A stretch of 63,751 bases of DNA, filler included, from Pelomyxa schiedti (taxonomy: Eukaryota > Protista > Evosea), in assembly GCA_020536535.1 (NCBI GenBank). It is 6 parts of 6 records of this genome, joined end to end, with 100 filler letters (N's around TTAATTAATTAA, not from the genome) between each part and the next. Parts side by side here need not be neighbours in the genome. Positions count along the whole stretch, not along the records: positions 1 to 17,053 come from JAHLWZ010000243.1; positions 17,154 to 41,744 come from JAHLWZ010000449.1; 4 more parts are not named here. One strand, written 5' to 3'. The notes beneath the pieces were generated by a model. It did not search any database. It was not told the origin of the DNA and worked only from the letters and a program-made list of their open reading frames with translations. The stretch's first letter is position 1. The number at the start of each line of letters is the position of its first letter. This document shows positions 13,690-25,210 of the stretch, piece after piece. Position numbers and translations under genes: made by a program.

Positions 13690-14110
13690 AGAGTACCAAA
13701 AAAGAGGTACTATTTGTACAAATTGACGGAGGAGTGGGGGATTATGTCTCAATGAGCAACAGGCTTGCTGGGGGATTTGCACCAGAGTCAAATTAGAGGG
13801 GTGGCTCAAATTGGGGATTCAGTTCACACAGAAAACACACAATTCTGCTGACATTCTCACAATAGGTCATGAGTCCAGTCACCTCTTAAATAAAACAACA
13901 ACCACACTCAGACATTGTCACCCCGAAAAAAAAAACACTTGGTTTTTGGCCAAAAAAATGGTGCTATTTGTACAATTATTTCTGCCGTGGCACTTGGAAG
14001 GATTGGGCTGCTGGTACTTTGGGGGCTTGTGTCTCCATGAGCAACAGGCTGCTGGGGGATTTGCACGAGAGTCGAATTGGGGGGGGTGGCTCGAATTGGG
14101 GATTGCACTT
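13690..14110. repeat. Degenerate direct repeat, two copies (~13690-13820 and ~13945-14110)
   Basis: ctatttgtaca...tgtctc(a/c)atgagcaacaggct(t)gctgggggatttgcac..gagtc.aatt...tggctc.aattggggatt occurs twice with mismatches. Confidence 0.7.
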
Positions 14111-15277
14111 GATACTCCACGAGAACCCACCCAACAACCCCCCATTGACACCCAGTCCTCCGCGGGGGATTCCCAGCCCAGTTGGGTTTGGTCTGGGAAT
14201 GTGTTCGGGGTTTCCAAACACCCGCCGCGGTACTTTGGTGCCAAACTCGGGGGAAGGGTTCTCGTGGGGTGAGCCCAGCCCGGCCAATCTTCCTCTCTTT
14301 TGGGGTGTGTGCAATGTGCAGCCACTCGAAATGGTCATCAGAGATAATGCTGAACTTGAACCACCGGGGATGGGAAGGATTTGCCGGAACTCAGTGAAGA
14401 TGAAGTACAAGTGGGCAAGAGGTTCCGGGAATCGTCGCGGATCAGGTGAGCAGCTGTGAATTGGTGAGTTGGGAGAAAAAAGCATGNNNNNNNNNNNNNN
14501 NNNNNNNNNNNNNNNNNNNNNNNNNNNNNNNNNNNNNNNNNNNNNNNNNNNNNNNNNNNNNNNNNNNNNNNNNNNNNNNNNNNNNNGGGGATGGGAAGGA
14601 TTTGCCGGAACTCAGTGAAGATGAAGTACAAGTGGGCAAGAGGTTCCGGGAATCGTCGCGGATCAGGTGAGCAGCTGTGAATTGGTGAGTTGGGAGAAAA
14701 AAGCATGCAAGGTGTTCATTGCAATACCTTGCGTCCGGCTGCTGCTGACTCGGGCTGATTTTTTATTTTGGATATCAAATCATATGGCTTGCTTTCTTCA
14801 TCGGTTGTGTCAACAACAAGACTGTCGAGTGGGATGTGAGTTGGGAGAAGACGCAAAACTGAAGAAGAGACCTGCTGACAACAACTCGGTGATAATAATT
14901 TCGCGGATCGGGTAAAATAAATTGCCTGCCAATATATATCATAGCAATCATCCACCACACTCGACGTGGTGTGAATCGCAGATGACCACATGATCACACA
15001 TGGGAGTGTTACTATTATTTTCTCTGTGTGCGATATATTAGAACACACGGAATTCAACGGGAAAAGGGAGCCATACCCTCTCATGATAGCGGCGGCAAAT
15101 CCTCGATCCCAGCGAAACTATTTTGAATTGATGATCAAGCCATATGTGGTGAGTCAACACAGCAGCGTAGCGGGAGTCTCAGCACAGCAGAAATTACGGA
15201 CTTTGAGCGCGTGCGGGATGGTTGATGGTCGATGGTGTTACATGTTGGGGTGGTATTACAAATGCAAGTGCGGGTCT

Positions 15278-16741
15278 CTACAATGTGGTCCCCACCAGCC
15301 TGGGGATCCACACTGCTGCTGGTGGCTGCTGCTGCTGTGGCTGCTGCGGGGGGATGTTGGGCCACAAAGAAGACGAAGGCGAGGACGAGGGCCGCCACGC
15401 GGCCGGGGAGACTGGCGCAGCAGCTGCAGTATCAACGGCATCAGCCATTTGGGCGTTGCGCTGTTGGGCAATCAGTCGCAGCAACCAGGCAGGCTGAACA
15501 GGCCCAGCAGGGCGTGATGGCTGCTGGGGCGGGGTCGGGGGATCTACGGCGAGCAACAAAGCTGCTGGTTGTGACGGCGGTACCCCAAACGGGAACCAGC
15601 CAACGCCAGGTACACTAACACCAACACCAACAGCAGCAGCAGTCTGAACAGACCGATCAGGGCGTGGTGGCTGCGGGGGCGGTGGTACTCCAAACGGGAA
15701 CCAGCCAACGCCAGGTACACTGACACCAACGCCAGCAGCAGCAGCAGCAGCAGCAGGGTGAACAGGCCGAGCAGGGCGTGGTGGCTGCTGGGGCGGTGGT
15801 ACCCCAAACGGGAACCAGCCAACGCCAGGTACACTGACACCAACACCAGCAGCAGCAGGCTGAACAGGCTGAGCAGGGCGTGGTGGCTGCTGCTGGGGCG
15901 GCGGTACTCCAAACGGGAACCAGCCAACGCCAGGTACACTGACACCAACACCAACAGCAGCAGCAGCAGGGTGAACAGGCCGAGCAGGGCGTGGTGGCTG
16001 CTGGGGCGGTGGAACTCCAAACGGGAACCAGCCAACGCCAGGTATACTGACACCAACACCAGCAGCAGCAGCGGTACTAGTGGTGCCAGTCCCCGGGGGC
16101 TGTTGCTGCTGCTGCTGTGGGGTGCCACCACCACTGGTAATCCGTGGTTGCGAAGGCAGCGTAGGCATCATCATTATGGGAGCGGCGTCAGCAGAAGCAG
16201 AAGCAGCAGATGATGTCACGTGGGGCTGCGGCTGGGTCTGCGGCTGCGGCTGGGTCTGCGGCTGCGGCTGTGACTGTGACTGTGCCGGGCCCTGCGCATC
16301 CCAGTCACAGTCCAGCGACCCCGTTGTCGTCGTCGTCGTCGTCGTCCCATCGGTACTTGTAGTCACAGCCGCGGCGGCGGGGGTCGTACTTGGTGCCTGT
16401 GCCTGCACCTGCGACGTCGGGTGCTGCGCTCCGCGGTCCCAGTCGAGCGCCCGGGGCAGCGTGGGGCGGGTCCAAGCGGGGGCCGGGGTCGCGCCGCTGC
16501 TGTCGCTGAGGCCATCACCGCCGTCATCAGCTGGAGGGGCTGCACTGGGAGTGCGTCGTGGGGCGGGCGACGCCGAGGCCGAGGAGGGCGAGGACGACGA
16601 GGGGGCCGAGGATGATGGGCGAAGCGGGCTCGGCGGCGACGCGGCACGAGAATGATCGTCGGTAGCAGCATCAGGGAGGGCGGCCGCGGTGGTATCTGTT
16701 GTGGCAGCGGCAGCGGCAGGAGCGAGGCGTGGCCGGGCCAC
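15278..16741 (-). CDS. Low-complexity Pro/Ala/Gln-rich protein with five GVGVS(V/I)PGVGWFPFGVPP repeats
   Basis: 487 aa ORF; tandem nucleotide unit of roughly 105-120 bp at ~15575-16075. Confidence 0.65.
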   Translation of the reverse strand: MARPRLAPAAAAATTDTTAAALPDAATDDHSRAASPPSPLRPSSSAPSSSSPSSASASPAPRRTPSAAPPADDGGDGLSDSSGATPAPAWTRPTLPRALDWDRGAQHPTSQVQAQAPSTTPAAAAVTTSTDGTTTTTTTTGSLDCDWDAQGPAQSQSQPQPQTQPQPQTQPQPHVTSSAASASADAAPIMMMPTLPSQPRITSGGGTPQQQQQQPPGTGTTSTAAAAGVGVSIPGVGWFPFGVPPPQQPPRPARPVHPAAAAVGVGVSVPGVGWFPFGVPPPQQQPPRPAQPVQPAAAGVGVSVPGVGWFPFGVPPPQQPPRPARPVHPAAAAAAAGVGVSVPGVGWFPFGVPPPPQPPRPDRSVQTAAAVGVGVSVPGVGWFPFGVPPSQPAALLLAVDPPTPPQQPSRPAGPVQPAWLLRLIAQQRNAQMADAVDTAAAAPVSPAAWRPSSSPSSSLWPNIPPQQPQQQQPPAAVWIPRLVGTTL

Positions 16742-16937
16742 AATGCGCGAGAAAAGCTTCCCGTCGCGCTGGAAATCAAATGCAATGAAATTCTCGGGAA
16801 GACTTGCCGAGCCGGCTGGTCTGTTCAGCTTAGGAACGACGAATGCTACTCTTTGTCCAAAGACCTGTTGTGGGTGTGATCAGTGGGATTACACCAAACA
16901 GAAACACCAAACACAGCCCATTTGTTTCGCTCACAGC

Positions 16938-17053
<116 letters not shown>

Positions 17054-17153
17054 NNNNNNNNNNNNNNNNNNNNNNNNNNNNNNNNNNNNNNNNNNNNTTA
17101 ATTAATTAANNNNNNNNNNNNNNNNNNNNNNNNNNNNNNNNNNNNNNNNNNNN
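17054..17153. other. Artificial scaffold-joining spacer (N-TTAATTAATTAA-N); also at 41745-41844, 58427-58526, 61267-61366, 62471-62570
   Basis: Identical 100-nt construct with a six-frame stop linker at five places. Confidence 0.97.
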
Positions 17154-17166
17154 AAGAGAACTTCTT

Positions 17167-18347
17167 TTATGAAACACTTTGGACAAACAACCTCACTCCT
17201 GTTGTCATTGTGAATATCGGCAATCCAGATGCAAGATCAGAGACTTGAAATTCGGTCCCTTCCTCCCTCAGGGCCAGTTCATTCCAAAACGTCATGTTAC
17301 AGGGCTGTTTCGGGAAGTACCTGAAGCACACCTTGGTTGGCTCCACAACGCTGAACACCTCCACCGTGCGGCCCGAAAACAGTTCAGTCAGTGTGAAGTA
17401 TGGACCACCAACTGGGTGCAGTGCCCTGCAACTCAACCCAGGAGGAGCCGGCAGCTGCGTTCTCTCACCAGTTGTGGCACACACCAGGTGCTCGTACCTG
17501 TCCGTTGCTGTGTACACCTTTCCTCCCCAACACCACATTGGAAACGGACCGGACTGCTCCGGCCCAATAGTGAACCGGCTCACAACCCTCAGCTCTTTGT
17601 GCTGCATTGTTGCCGCAAGGTCGATGACATCCACTGCACGGCCAGTTGGCACTTGGTGCATAACAGCCAGCGAGTCATCACTAAGGAACACCATATTCAC
17701 GACTTCCAACTGCCAAGGGATTGCAGCATTCGACACCACGCCACGTTCAATCTCGCCAAAGTCCCACAATCCCAGAGCATGCCCACCAAGGGTCCATTCT
17801 TCGTCATTCACAACCCACCTCCCTCTGACTGCCAATGAGTTCCCATAACCCGGCACAGTCGCGACAACGTTGCTGCAACGTCTCACGCCGGGTGAGTTGT
17901 TCAGAACCAATTCCCACGAGCTCCCAGGCTTCCATTTCTGGTCGATCACTTGCATTTCGGAGTCATCAGAGGCCACCAATGGGAACCTGGTCCCGGCTGA
18001 CTTTGGCCCAACACCCACGGTACTGGAAGATGTGCTTGCCGTAGTCGACGACGGCGGGGCGGTCCACGACGCCCATTGTGGGAGACACGCTGAACTCGAC
18101 GCACAGGGAGACTGTCCACCCGAGGTTGATGAGCAAGACAACAGATCTCCTCGCAGGGAAGACGATCCAGTCGCGGCCAATGAGTGACAAGGACGACGTG
18201 GTGAGCGAGGACACCGCGCTGTGGGCCCCCGACGCTCAGTGCGATGAATTGGCTCCGCGCGTCGATTAATACACAAAAAGCGATTTCTGGGGGCGGTTCC
18301 CTGCGCTGGGTAGAATCGGCGGCAGCACAAACACAACAGGATGACAT
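17167..18347 (-). pseudogene. Frameshifted member of the intronless DQFxAL/HPRCG-type family
   Basis: Family motifs are split over three frames: ARSQFIAL, then LIGRDWIV...FSVSPTMGVV, then RWVVNDE...VIDLAAT...VSDLASG; first shift at the C5 run 18226-18230. Confidence 0.65.
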
Positions 18348-18613
18348 CAACAATTTTCTCAATCACATAGATCTATTGTACTGTATCAGTTTCGGTGGAT
18401 TTTCAACACTTCCAAGGCCATCAAGGATGCCTTAGATGAGGAACCACCATCCAGCCTCTCATCACCCCCATCATGTTCCACGAACGAATTTTTTTCCCAT
18501 CAAAATCAACGTCACAGCCATCAATCAACATCAACTTTTTCAAGCAACGCACGTGTCCGTTGAGAGACATAACATAACAACCAACACTACCTACCACCAC
18601 GAACTCCATCATC

Positions 18614-19331
18614 ATGACGTCACAGAAGTACGAGGATGACGCGGAGTGGCGCAGGCTGATGCAGATAACCACGGCCATGGACGTGCAGTCTGGCACCCTG
18701 CAGTTCAGCCCGGACGAGTTCACGCGCCCGGCAACTGAGGGCGCCGTTGCTCCCCCTCCCGAACACATTGCACAGGTCAGGGACGCCCTCGTTGCCTCCT
18801 GCACGACCGGCATGTTTTCATTCGTGTATGTTAACATCTCCCAATGCTTCTGTGCATACTTTTTACTGCTTATAAGTAAAACACGACATTTAGGTCACAG
18901 TGGCAGGGGATTGCTGCACAGTTCAAGAACGCGAACATGAGGGGAACTACTCTCACGGCGGCGGAGGTTGAGGCGTGCCTGGCTGTCATCAGCGACGGCG
19001 GCTCGGATGCACTTCCTNNNNNNNNNNNNNNNNNNNNNNNNNNNNNNNNNNNNNNNNNNNNNNNNNNNNNNNNNNNNNNNNNNNNNNNNNNNNNNNNNNN
19101 NNNNNNNNNNNNNNNNNACAGTGGCAGGGGATTGCTGCACAGTTCAAGAACGCGAACATGAGGGGAACTACTCTCACGGCGGCGGAGGTTGAGGCGTGCC
19201 TGGCTGTCATCAGCGACGGCGGCTCGGATGCACTTCCTCCGCCGCTTCGCGCCAAGGGCATCAAGCTGGTGTACTACAAGGGTGGCATGTACGGCCCCGA
19301 CGCACGGACCTTCAAGATCACTCGCAACTGA
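18614..19331 (+). CDS. Small hypothetical protein, one intron (~18814-18892), interrupted by an assembly gap
   Basis: ORF MTSQKYEDD... continues after a GT-AG intron into SQWQGIAAQFK...TFKITRN; GC-rich coding-like codon usage. Confidence 0.55.
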
Positions 19332-19418
19332 GTGAAGAGTGATTAGTACCCCCATTTCCCCGAAACAAACGATCGAAAAAAACAAGAAACAGTAACGCTC
19401 TTGTGCGTCAAGGGTCTG

Positions 19419-19879
19419 ATGCCGCGCACGCCGCCGACGCTGCTACAACACCCACTTGGCGAAATCCGCGTCGCCCGGGTGGTCCGCGCCGGCGACCAAG
19501 TTGGGGCGCTCGCCCTCGCCGGCCACTCGCGCCGCTGCGGCGCCGGCTCCCCGGCTCGGGCCCTGGGCCCCCACCTCGTCGAGCAATTGTGGGACTCGTG
19601 CGTCCTCGCCTGCCTGCGCCCCGTGGTGGTGGACGTCCACGTCGGGAAGCGGTCCGCCGCCGTAAGACGCTGCGGCGGGGCGGGGGAGTGGCTGTGCCTG
19701 CGGCTGCGCCTGTCCCCGCTGCTGCTGGGGCTCGTGGGCGACCCACACGTGGTCCAGATGGAGGAGACTCTCGGGGGCCGCCGCGTCACGGGCTCCCGGT
19801 GGCTGGACGACGCGCTGTGCTGCGTGAAGCACGCCACCGACAGGGTCTCGAGGGACGCGGTGGTGGTGGTCAGGAGCGC

Positions 19880-19920
<41 letters not shown>

Positions 19921-20802
19921 TGGGGGGGCCGCAGGGGGGGGGGCATGGGGGCGTGGAGCGGGAGCGGGAGCTGGGAGGAGAGGGACGGGCGCACGACGTT
20001 GATCCCGGAGCTCAGCTTCCTGGACGTGTACTTTGTGAACAGGGAGTGGTTCCTGCAGAGGAGAGACAACGGGGACACCTACCACTCGGTGGTTGTGAGG
20101 AGCCTCAGGGGTGGTGTATGTGATGGTGAGGGGAGCACGTGCCGGCCGGGGGAGGAGGTTGTGATTCCGCTCCCTCAGTTTTGGTATTTCGGAAGACCAT
20201 TCACGTTCAGCAAGGTGTTTCCGTCACAGGTAGTGATGCTTATGATTGGGTTAGTAAAAATGGGGTGCATCACGATTGTGGTGCTTGATATTGCAAAAAT
20301 GTATTCAACAGGGAGCCTGCAAGTGGTGAGCACAACACACTGTGCATGGAAACCAGAGATGAGGCACAACTTCCAGAATATTCTTGCAATGCAGAACAGA
20401 GCCCGTGAAAACGTGTTCATTTTTAATGCCTTGGGGCGGAATCTGCCACGAATCACACCAAGTGTTGTGTATGCTGCTCAGTCGAATGGAGATACAACCC
20501 AGCTTTACTCTGGGAATGAGGCTTGTTCTCTGCGGCAGGTGAGTGGATCACTCTTTGGCATTTTCCACAAGAGCACACAAGTGTTGGAAATCTGGGATTG
20601 CAGTGATACTTCACCGTCAGCAACAAGGAAGCCTCTGAGGAGCTTCAACGAGGTAAAGAGTTGCATTTCAGGTGGTGGATTCCTGTTCATGGCAAACGAG
20701 AGGCAACTGCAAGTGATAGATGCCGAATCAGGAATCAACACAGTGACCTTTGAGTTCCCTTTTGATGATTGGTCCATCAAATCAACCTCCTTGTTGTGGT
20801 GA
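19419..20802 (+). pseudogene. Intronless family member with a frameshift in the G-runs after a (CAG)n tract
   Basis: RAGDQVGALALAGHSRRCGAGSPA...QLWD...LSPLLLG in one frame; VNREWF...VVLDIAK...EIWDCS...GGGFLF...VIDAESG in another; shift near G7/G10 at 19922-19943. Confidence 0.7.
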
Positions 20803-20955
20803 TTATTAGGTCAAAGGAATTTGGCCCTCAGGAAACACAAAATCTTTGTTCTTCCTCGAGATCTTGCTCCTCTCCACAGTTAAGTAAGTAAATAAGCGAG
20901 TGTGTGTGTGTGTTGTGGTTGTGGTTAACACCCACCCACCACGCGTGTCACACAG

Positions 20956-21910
20956 GAGTGCGGACACAGAGTGTGCAGGGGTTGTATGGTGTCACTGTGC
21001 ACCAGGACGTTCCTGCTGCGCGGCTCCTCCTCCTCCTCCTCCTCCTCGGCGTTGCATGGCGACGACTCCTCTGTCGACGTTGAGTGTGGTGTGTGTAGCC
21101 GCAAGACCAGTGTTGACATCGGGGATGTGCTGTATGATCACGATTTGGACAGGAAGCAACAGGAGCTATACGGTGGGACAGGTGCCGTTTTTTTTTTCTT
21201 TGGGTTCATTAACTCACATTCAAGCAGGATCGGTGTGCTCTTTGCATGGGGGGATGTCACTTGTGAAGTACTGTGTGAATGACAAGAAGCTTGTATGCTC
21301 GAGGTGTGTCTTGGAGTCTCACCAAAGGCACAACTTGACTGAAATTACCTCACAACACCGCGTTGCGGAGGCTGAAGTGTCCTCCCTGCTGAAGGCGATT
21401 CAAAGAGAAAGGGAATCATTGGAGCATTCTGCTTCTTATGTTGAGGACTCGATCGACATTCTCACAACAGTATGTGATCCCCTGTTCCGCCACAACTCTC
21501 ACACCCAACAACAGAGACAGCAGATTATCGCACGGGAAATTAAAACAACATTTGAGAGACTGATGAAGGAACTCCAGAGAAAGAAGGACAAGCTGCTATC
21601 CAGCATGATGAATATCTTTTCAAAAAAAAAGGGAGCTCTCAATCTGCACTTGAAATGCACTCGTTCCACCATCAACCAACTCACAGAATTTGAATGGAAG
21701 AGTTTCATTGCAAGCCAAAGTGCACTGACTGAAGAGAACAGTGGAATTGAGCAGGCCACGTCACTCCTTTCCTTGACCCAAAATCCCATTATCCGAAATT
21801 GGAACCTTGCCGATGTAAGTAGAGCTCTGTTTCTGCCAACTAACGGATCTGATACACTGATGGAGGAGGGGCACTGTATGGTGGATTCGCGGCAATGGCA
21901 ACAGGCATGA
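20956..21910 (+). CDS. TRIM/RBCC-like protein (partial RING, B-box, coiled coil), multi-exon; first exon not identified
   Basis: After acceptor cacag: ECGHRVCRGC...ECGVCS (RING C-terminal part); CSLHGGMSLVKYCVNDKKLVCSRCVLESHQRH (B-box 2); IAREIKTTFERLMKELQRKKDKLL (coiled coil). Confidence 0.7.
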
Positions 21911-22224
21911 TGTACATGAGCAAGAAGGGCAAAATGAAGACACAACCACCAAAGAAATACTAGTTACAACAACAAATTACAATGGCAAACAGCCGGTCTG
22001 TTACGATTTTTGATTTCCAAGCCGTCACTAATCCACGAAAGAGTTACACCGGTGTGCAAATGGGCGGAGAATGGCCAGAGAATTTGAGTGGGAAAAATGA
22101 AGTTTTTTTGAGTTAACCAGGGCTTTTTTTTTTTGAGCTGCACCGAAGTTTTTCGTTTGAGGCCACCCATTTTTTTAACGGCAACAAATCTTTTTTTTTC
22201 TTTTTCATTTTTTGAAGGAAATCT

Positions 22225-23400
22225 ATGCATGGGTGGGAGGCTGCCAAGAGAAGCACCCTGTTGAGGTGGGCACAGGAGGATGCCTGCCGAGTTGCCCGCG
22301 AGGAAGGAGTTGCAGTCAGTACAGTGTATCGGTATCGCCACAGACCAGCCCTGGCTACTTGGAGATCAAAAATGCCAGAACTCGTTGCTGCACTGTTGAA
22401 GGCCTTTATTTGCAAGCACAGCACATCAACCAGGGCAGAACAAATTAAGTTCTTGCTGCAAACCACGGGGCTGCCATTTGCGTATGCACTTGATGATCGG
22501 TTTTGTTCCCTTTAACTGTGTTAGTCCTTATGACATAAGCTGGCCAACTAAGAGGCTTGGCTTTAAGTTGCACTACACAACAAAAAAAGAAATTGGCACC
22601 AGGAATGAGGTTAGTCCCCCCTCTACTCGGTTCTCTAGATTAGAATATATATAAGGGAGAGAGAGTTCTCTGGTGGCAGCACACAATAACAGATGTCCCT
22701 CGAGGGTTGCCTTTCTTGCTTTGATGTTATTGTGTTAACCACACTTTAGTATTCGTCATATTTCTGTTGACTGCCTCATTGATTTGGATGAGATGGGATG
22801 CACCTTGGCTTCCACAAGAAGGAGAAGTGGACATCCCTTCCTGGACACTCTGTTCGAATCTCAATGGTTTGCTTTTAGTAAAAATTTCCCATCATTTACT
22901 GTGTGCAGCCATCTTCTTCCAAGCACTTCAACCTTCTGATGGCTGCTGATACAACTGTTGGTGCTGTTGCACAGTGGGTTTTCCCTGGGACCATGGATGT
23001 ACATGTATTCTATTCCTGGATGGCTGCAATACTGCTTCCTGCCATTCAAGGCAGAAAACGAATCCTGATGATGGACAACCATCCAGCTCATCTGGATCCC
23101 TCAGTTTTCCACCTAGTAGAAAGCCATGGGCACTTACTACTACGACGGTTCACTTCCACTTTTCCAACTTGCATACTAATTGCTCCCAGACCTGCAACCT
23201 CCCCTGACTTTGCCTGGATTGAGTCTTGCTTTTCTTACTTGAAGACAAGACTCCGGGAAAAGGCTGATGAAATCACTGAGGATAATTTGATGGACTACAT
23301 TTATATGGAATCGAACAACATCACTGGTGCTCTCGCGGCGCACTGTCATTACTATGTCCCGGGAATTCAATACACACCCTACTCATACGCCAACATTTGA
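22225..23400 (+). CDS. DD34E transposase (Tc1/IS630 type) with spliceosomal introns; start approximate
   Basis: HTH CRVAREEGVAVSTVYRY; D1 LIDLDEMG; D2 ILMMDNHPAH; E in PATSPDFAWIES (cf. PxxSPDLNPIE); D-E spacing is 34 after removing the 42-nt intron 23148-23189. Confidence 0.88.
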
Positions 23401-25002
23401 TAGGGTACCGCGGAAAAAAAAATGATTTTTTTGGGATTTGAACTCGGTACTCTTTTTTGTCAAACATTTTCTTTCCGCCTGCACTAAGAGAATAACGCAG
23501 TATTTCAGGCCTTTCACCCTGTGTAAAAAAAAGAAAAAAACCAAACTTGTTTTGGTTACAAATTCTGGTGGGTTATGGATATGAATTTTGAAGTCAGTAC
23601 GAATTATGTGGACCATACCCGGGAGGTGGAAAAGGAGGCGGAGGGATAAAAGGATGTGGGACATAAGGTGGGGCTTGTGTATCTTGTTGCACCACAGTTG
23701 TGTTAGTCTCAGGTAGTGGGAGGGTTGAGTCAGATGACTGTTGTATCTCCTTGTCACCTGGTTGTTTGTGAGATGCGGAAATGAATGTTCTGATATACCA
23801 ATCTTATACTTCAGAATTAGGGATTCGATTTTGGGTCCAAACTCTTTCATACGCCTTAAATCTGCACACTCCTCATATGTAGAGAGTACTTCATACATCA
23901 AAAGTGCTATAACTTCATTCCCCTGAGGGATGCCACATGCTGGCATTAATACCGAAGAAACAAAAGCTGTGTCTTGATTAAAAAGCAAAAAAAAGAAGAA
24001 AAAAAGCAAGCCTTTAAACTCCTGAAGAGTGTTTCTGATCCTAGGTTTTTTTGGGGAACACTCAGAAGCAGCATCATCTTCAGGGTCAGGGGGAATACTC
24101 AAAGGAAACCCTGTTCAGTATTAATTAATCAACGCAGGTAATGAATGCTGCAGGACAACCTAGAACCGAACTTTGTGAAGTAGGAGGGACCCCTGTTGCA
24201 CAAGATGTTGAAGTTGTATGTATGTCAGAGGTACAAGACGCTGCTGATGCAATAAATGTTGCATTGGTTGCCACAGCACAAGATGCTGCGCCTACAACTT
24301 TGTTAGTTCTTGTGCATCATTAATTTCCTACGAAGCACCTTGTGAACACAGTGCTTGCCCTACAGCAGGCTTGGTTGCAAACAGGTGTCCCAAGTGCTTT
24401 GTCAAGGCATCAGTCTGTGATGCTGGTCTTTGGGTTTCCAGCTTTTTTTCAGTACTGGCAATAGTCTCTTTCGTTTGTTGCTCATAGGAGAGTGTAGCCC
24501 TCTTAGAGTAATCCCAGTACGAGTGAGACTTGTCTTTCGTTTCTTTTGCGCATTGACAAAGACACCTCCTGCACAAACATCAATAGAAAGTTGATTTACA
24601 TGAAACTCACGGGCAGGTCGAGCAAAAAGGCAAGCCACATTCAATGCAGGTTCCACCTGACTGCCGGACTTGATTTCGACAGTGACATACACAGAGTGGA
24701 GCACCGTCTAGGCACGCTTTTAAGAAAATTAGAATTCAAGTAATGAGTGATGGAGAACACCATTGCAAGGGTTTCCCTTAAGGTGTCCAGTGCAGATACA
24801 GTGTACTCGGACAATACTAGTCTAGACTACACAAGTTATGAATTCCAGTGTTTGAAAAAGAAACACAGACTGGTTTTTTGGTTTTCTGCCTGGGACACTC
24901 GTGTCGACAATTATAACAGAGGTAGATCTCCTCTGGTGGCGCCTGGTCATCTGAACAGGGTGAAATGGGAAGTGAAGAGCCCCTGGGTGATTCGTCTGAC
25001 AT
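23383..25002 (-). CDS. Transposon passenger gene: Cys-rich N-terminal domain, helical middle region, Pro-rich C-terminus; multi-exon, 3' end approximate
   Basis: Manual splicing gives ...LCYNCRHECP...VHCICTGHLKGNPCNACLDGAPLCVCHC...TCIECGLPFCSTCPRCLCQC...; GT-AG introns; lies wholly inside the TIRs. Confidence 0.65.
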
Positions 25003-25210
25003 GGTGATAGTCTTGTGGAGGGTTTTGCTTTTCTTTGTAATAATAAGAATAAAATCCAACCGACACCCCTTGAAAAAAACACAACGCCCTCCAGCAAAAT
25101 CTTGCCTGTGGGGCCAAAAAAAAAAGCATGTGGCAAAACCAAAAAAACCGGTTCAGGTTCAGTGAAACGATCACTGTTTTCTCTTCACATTTGCACACCG
25201 GTGTAACGCC

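Larger units (their letters stand above)
22047..25203. mobile_element. Complete IS630-Tc1-mariner DNA transposon, 3157 bp, TA target duplication
   Basis: Perfect 16-bp TIRs CACCGGTGTGCAAATG (22047-22062) and CATTTGCACACCGGTG (25188-25203), extending imperfectly to about 25 bp; TA at 22045-46 and 25204-05; encloses a DDE transposase. Confidence 0.92.

Noticed and set aside
15575-16075. Regularly spaced repeats resembling a CRISPR array
   Set aside because: Spacers are mutually similar and frame-preserving, host is eukaryotic and no cas genes are present; it is a coding repeat
17098-17109. Recurrent TTAATTAATTAA palindrome
   Set aside because: Artificial six-frame stop linker between scaffolds; adjacency across these linkers has no biological meaning
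23383-25002. Passenger gene as a Fanzor/TnpB nuclease
   Set aside because: No RuvC I/II/III motifs seen and the Cys cluster is N-terminal rather than near the C-terminus
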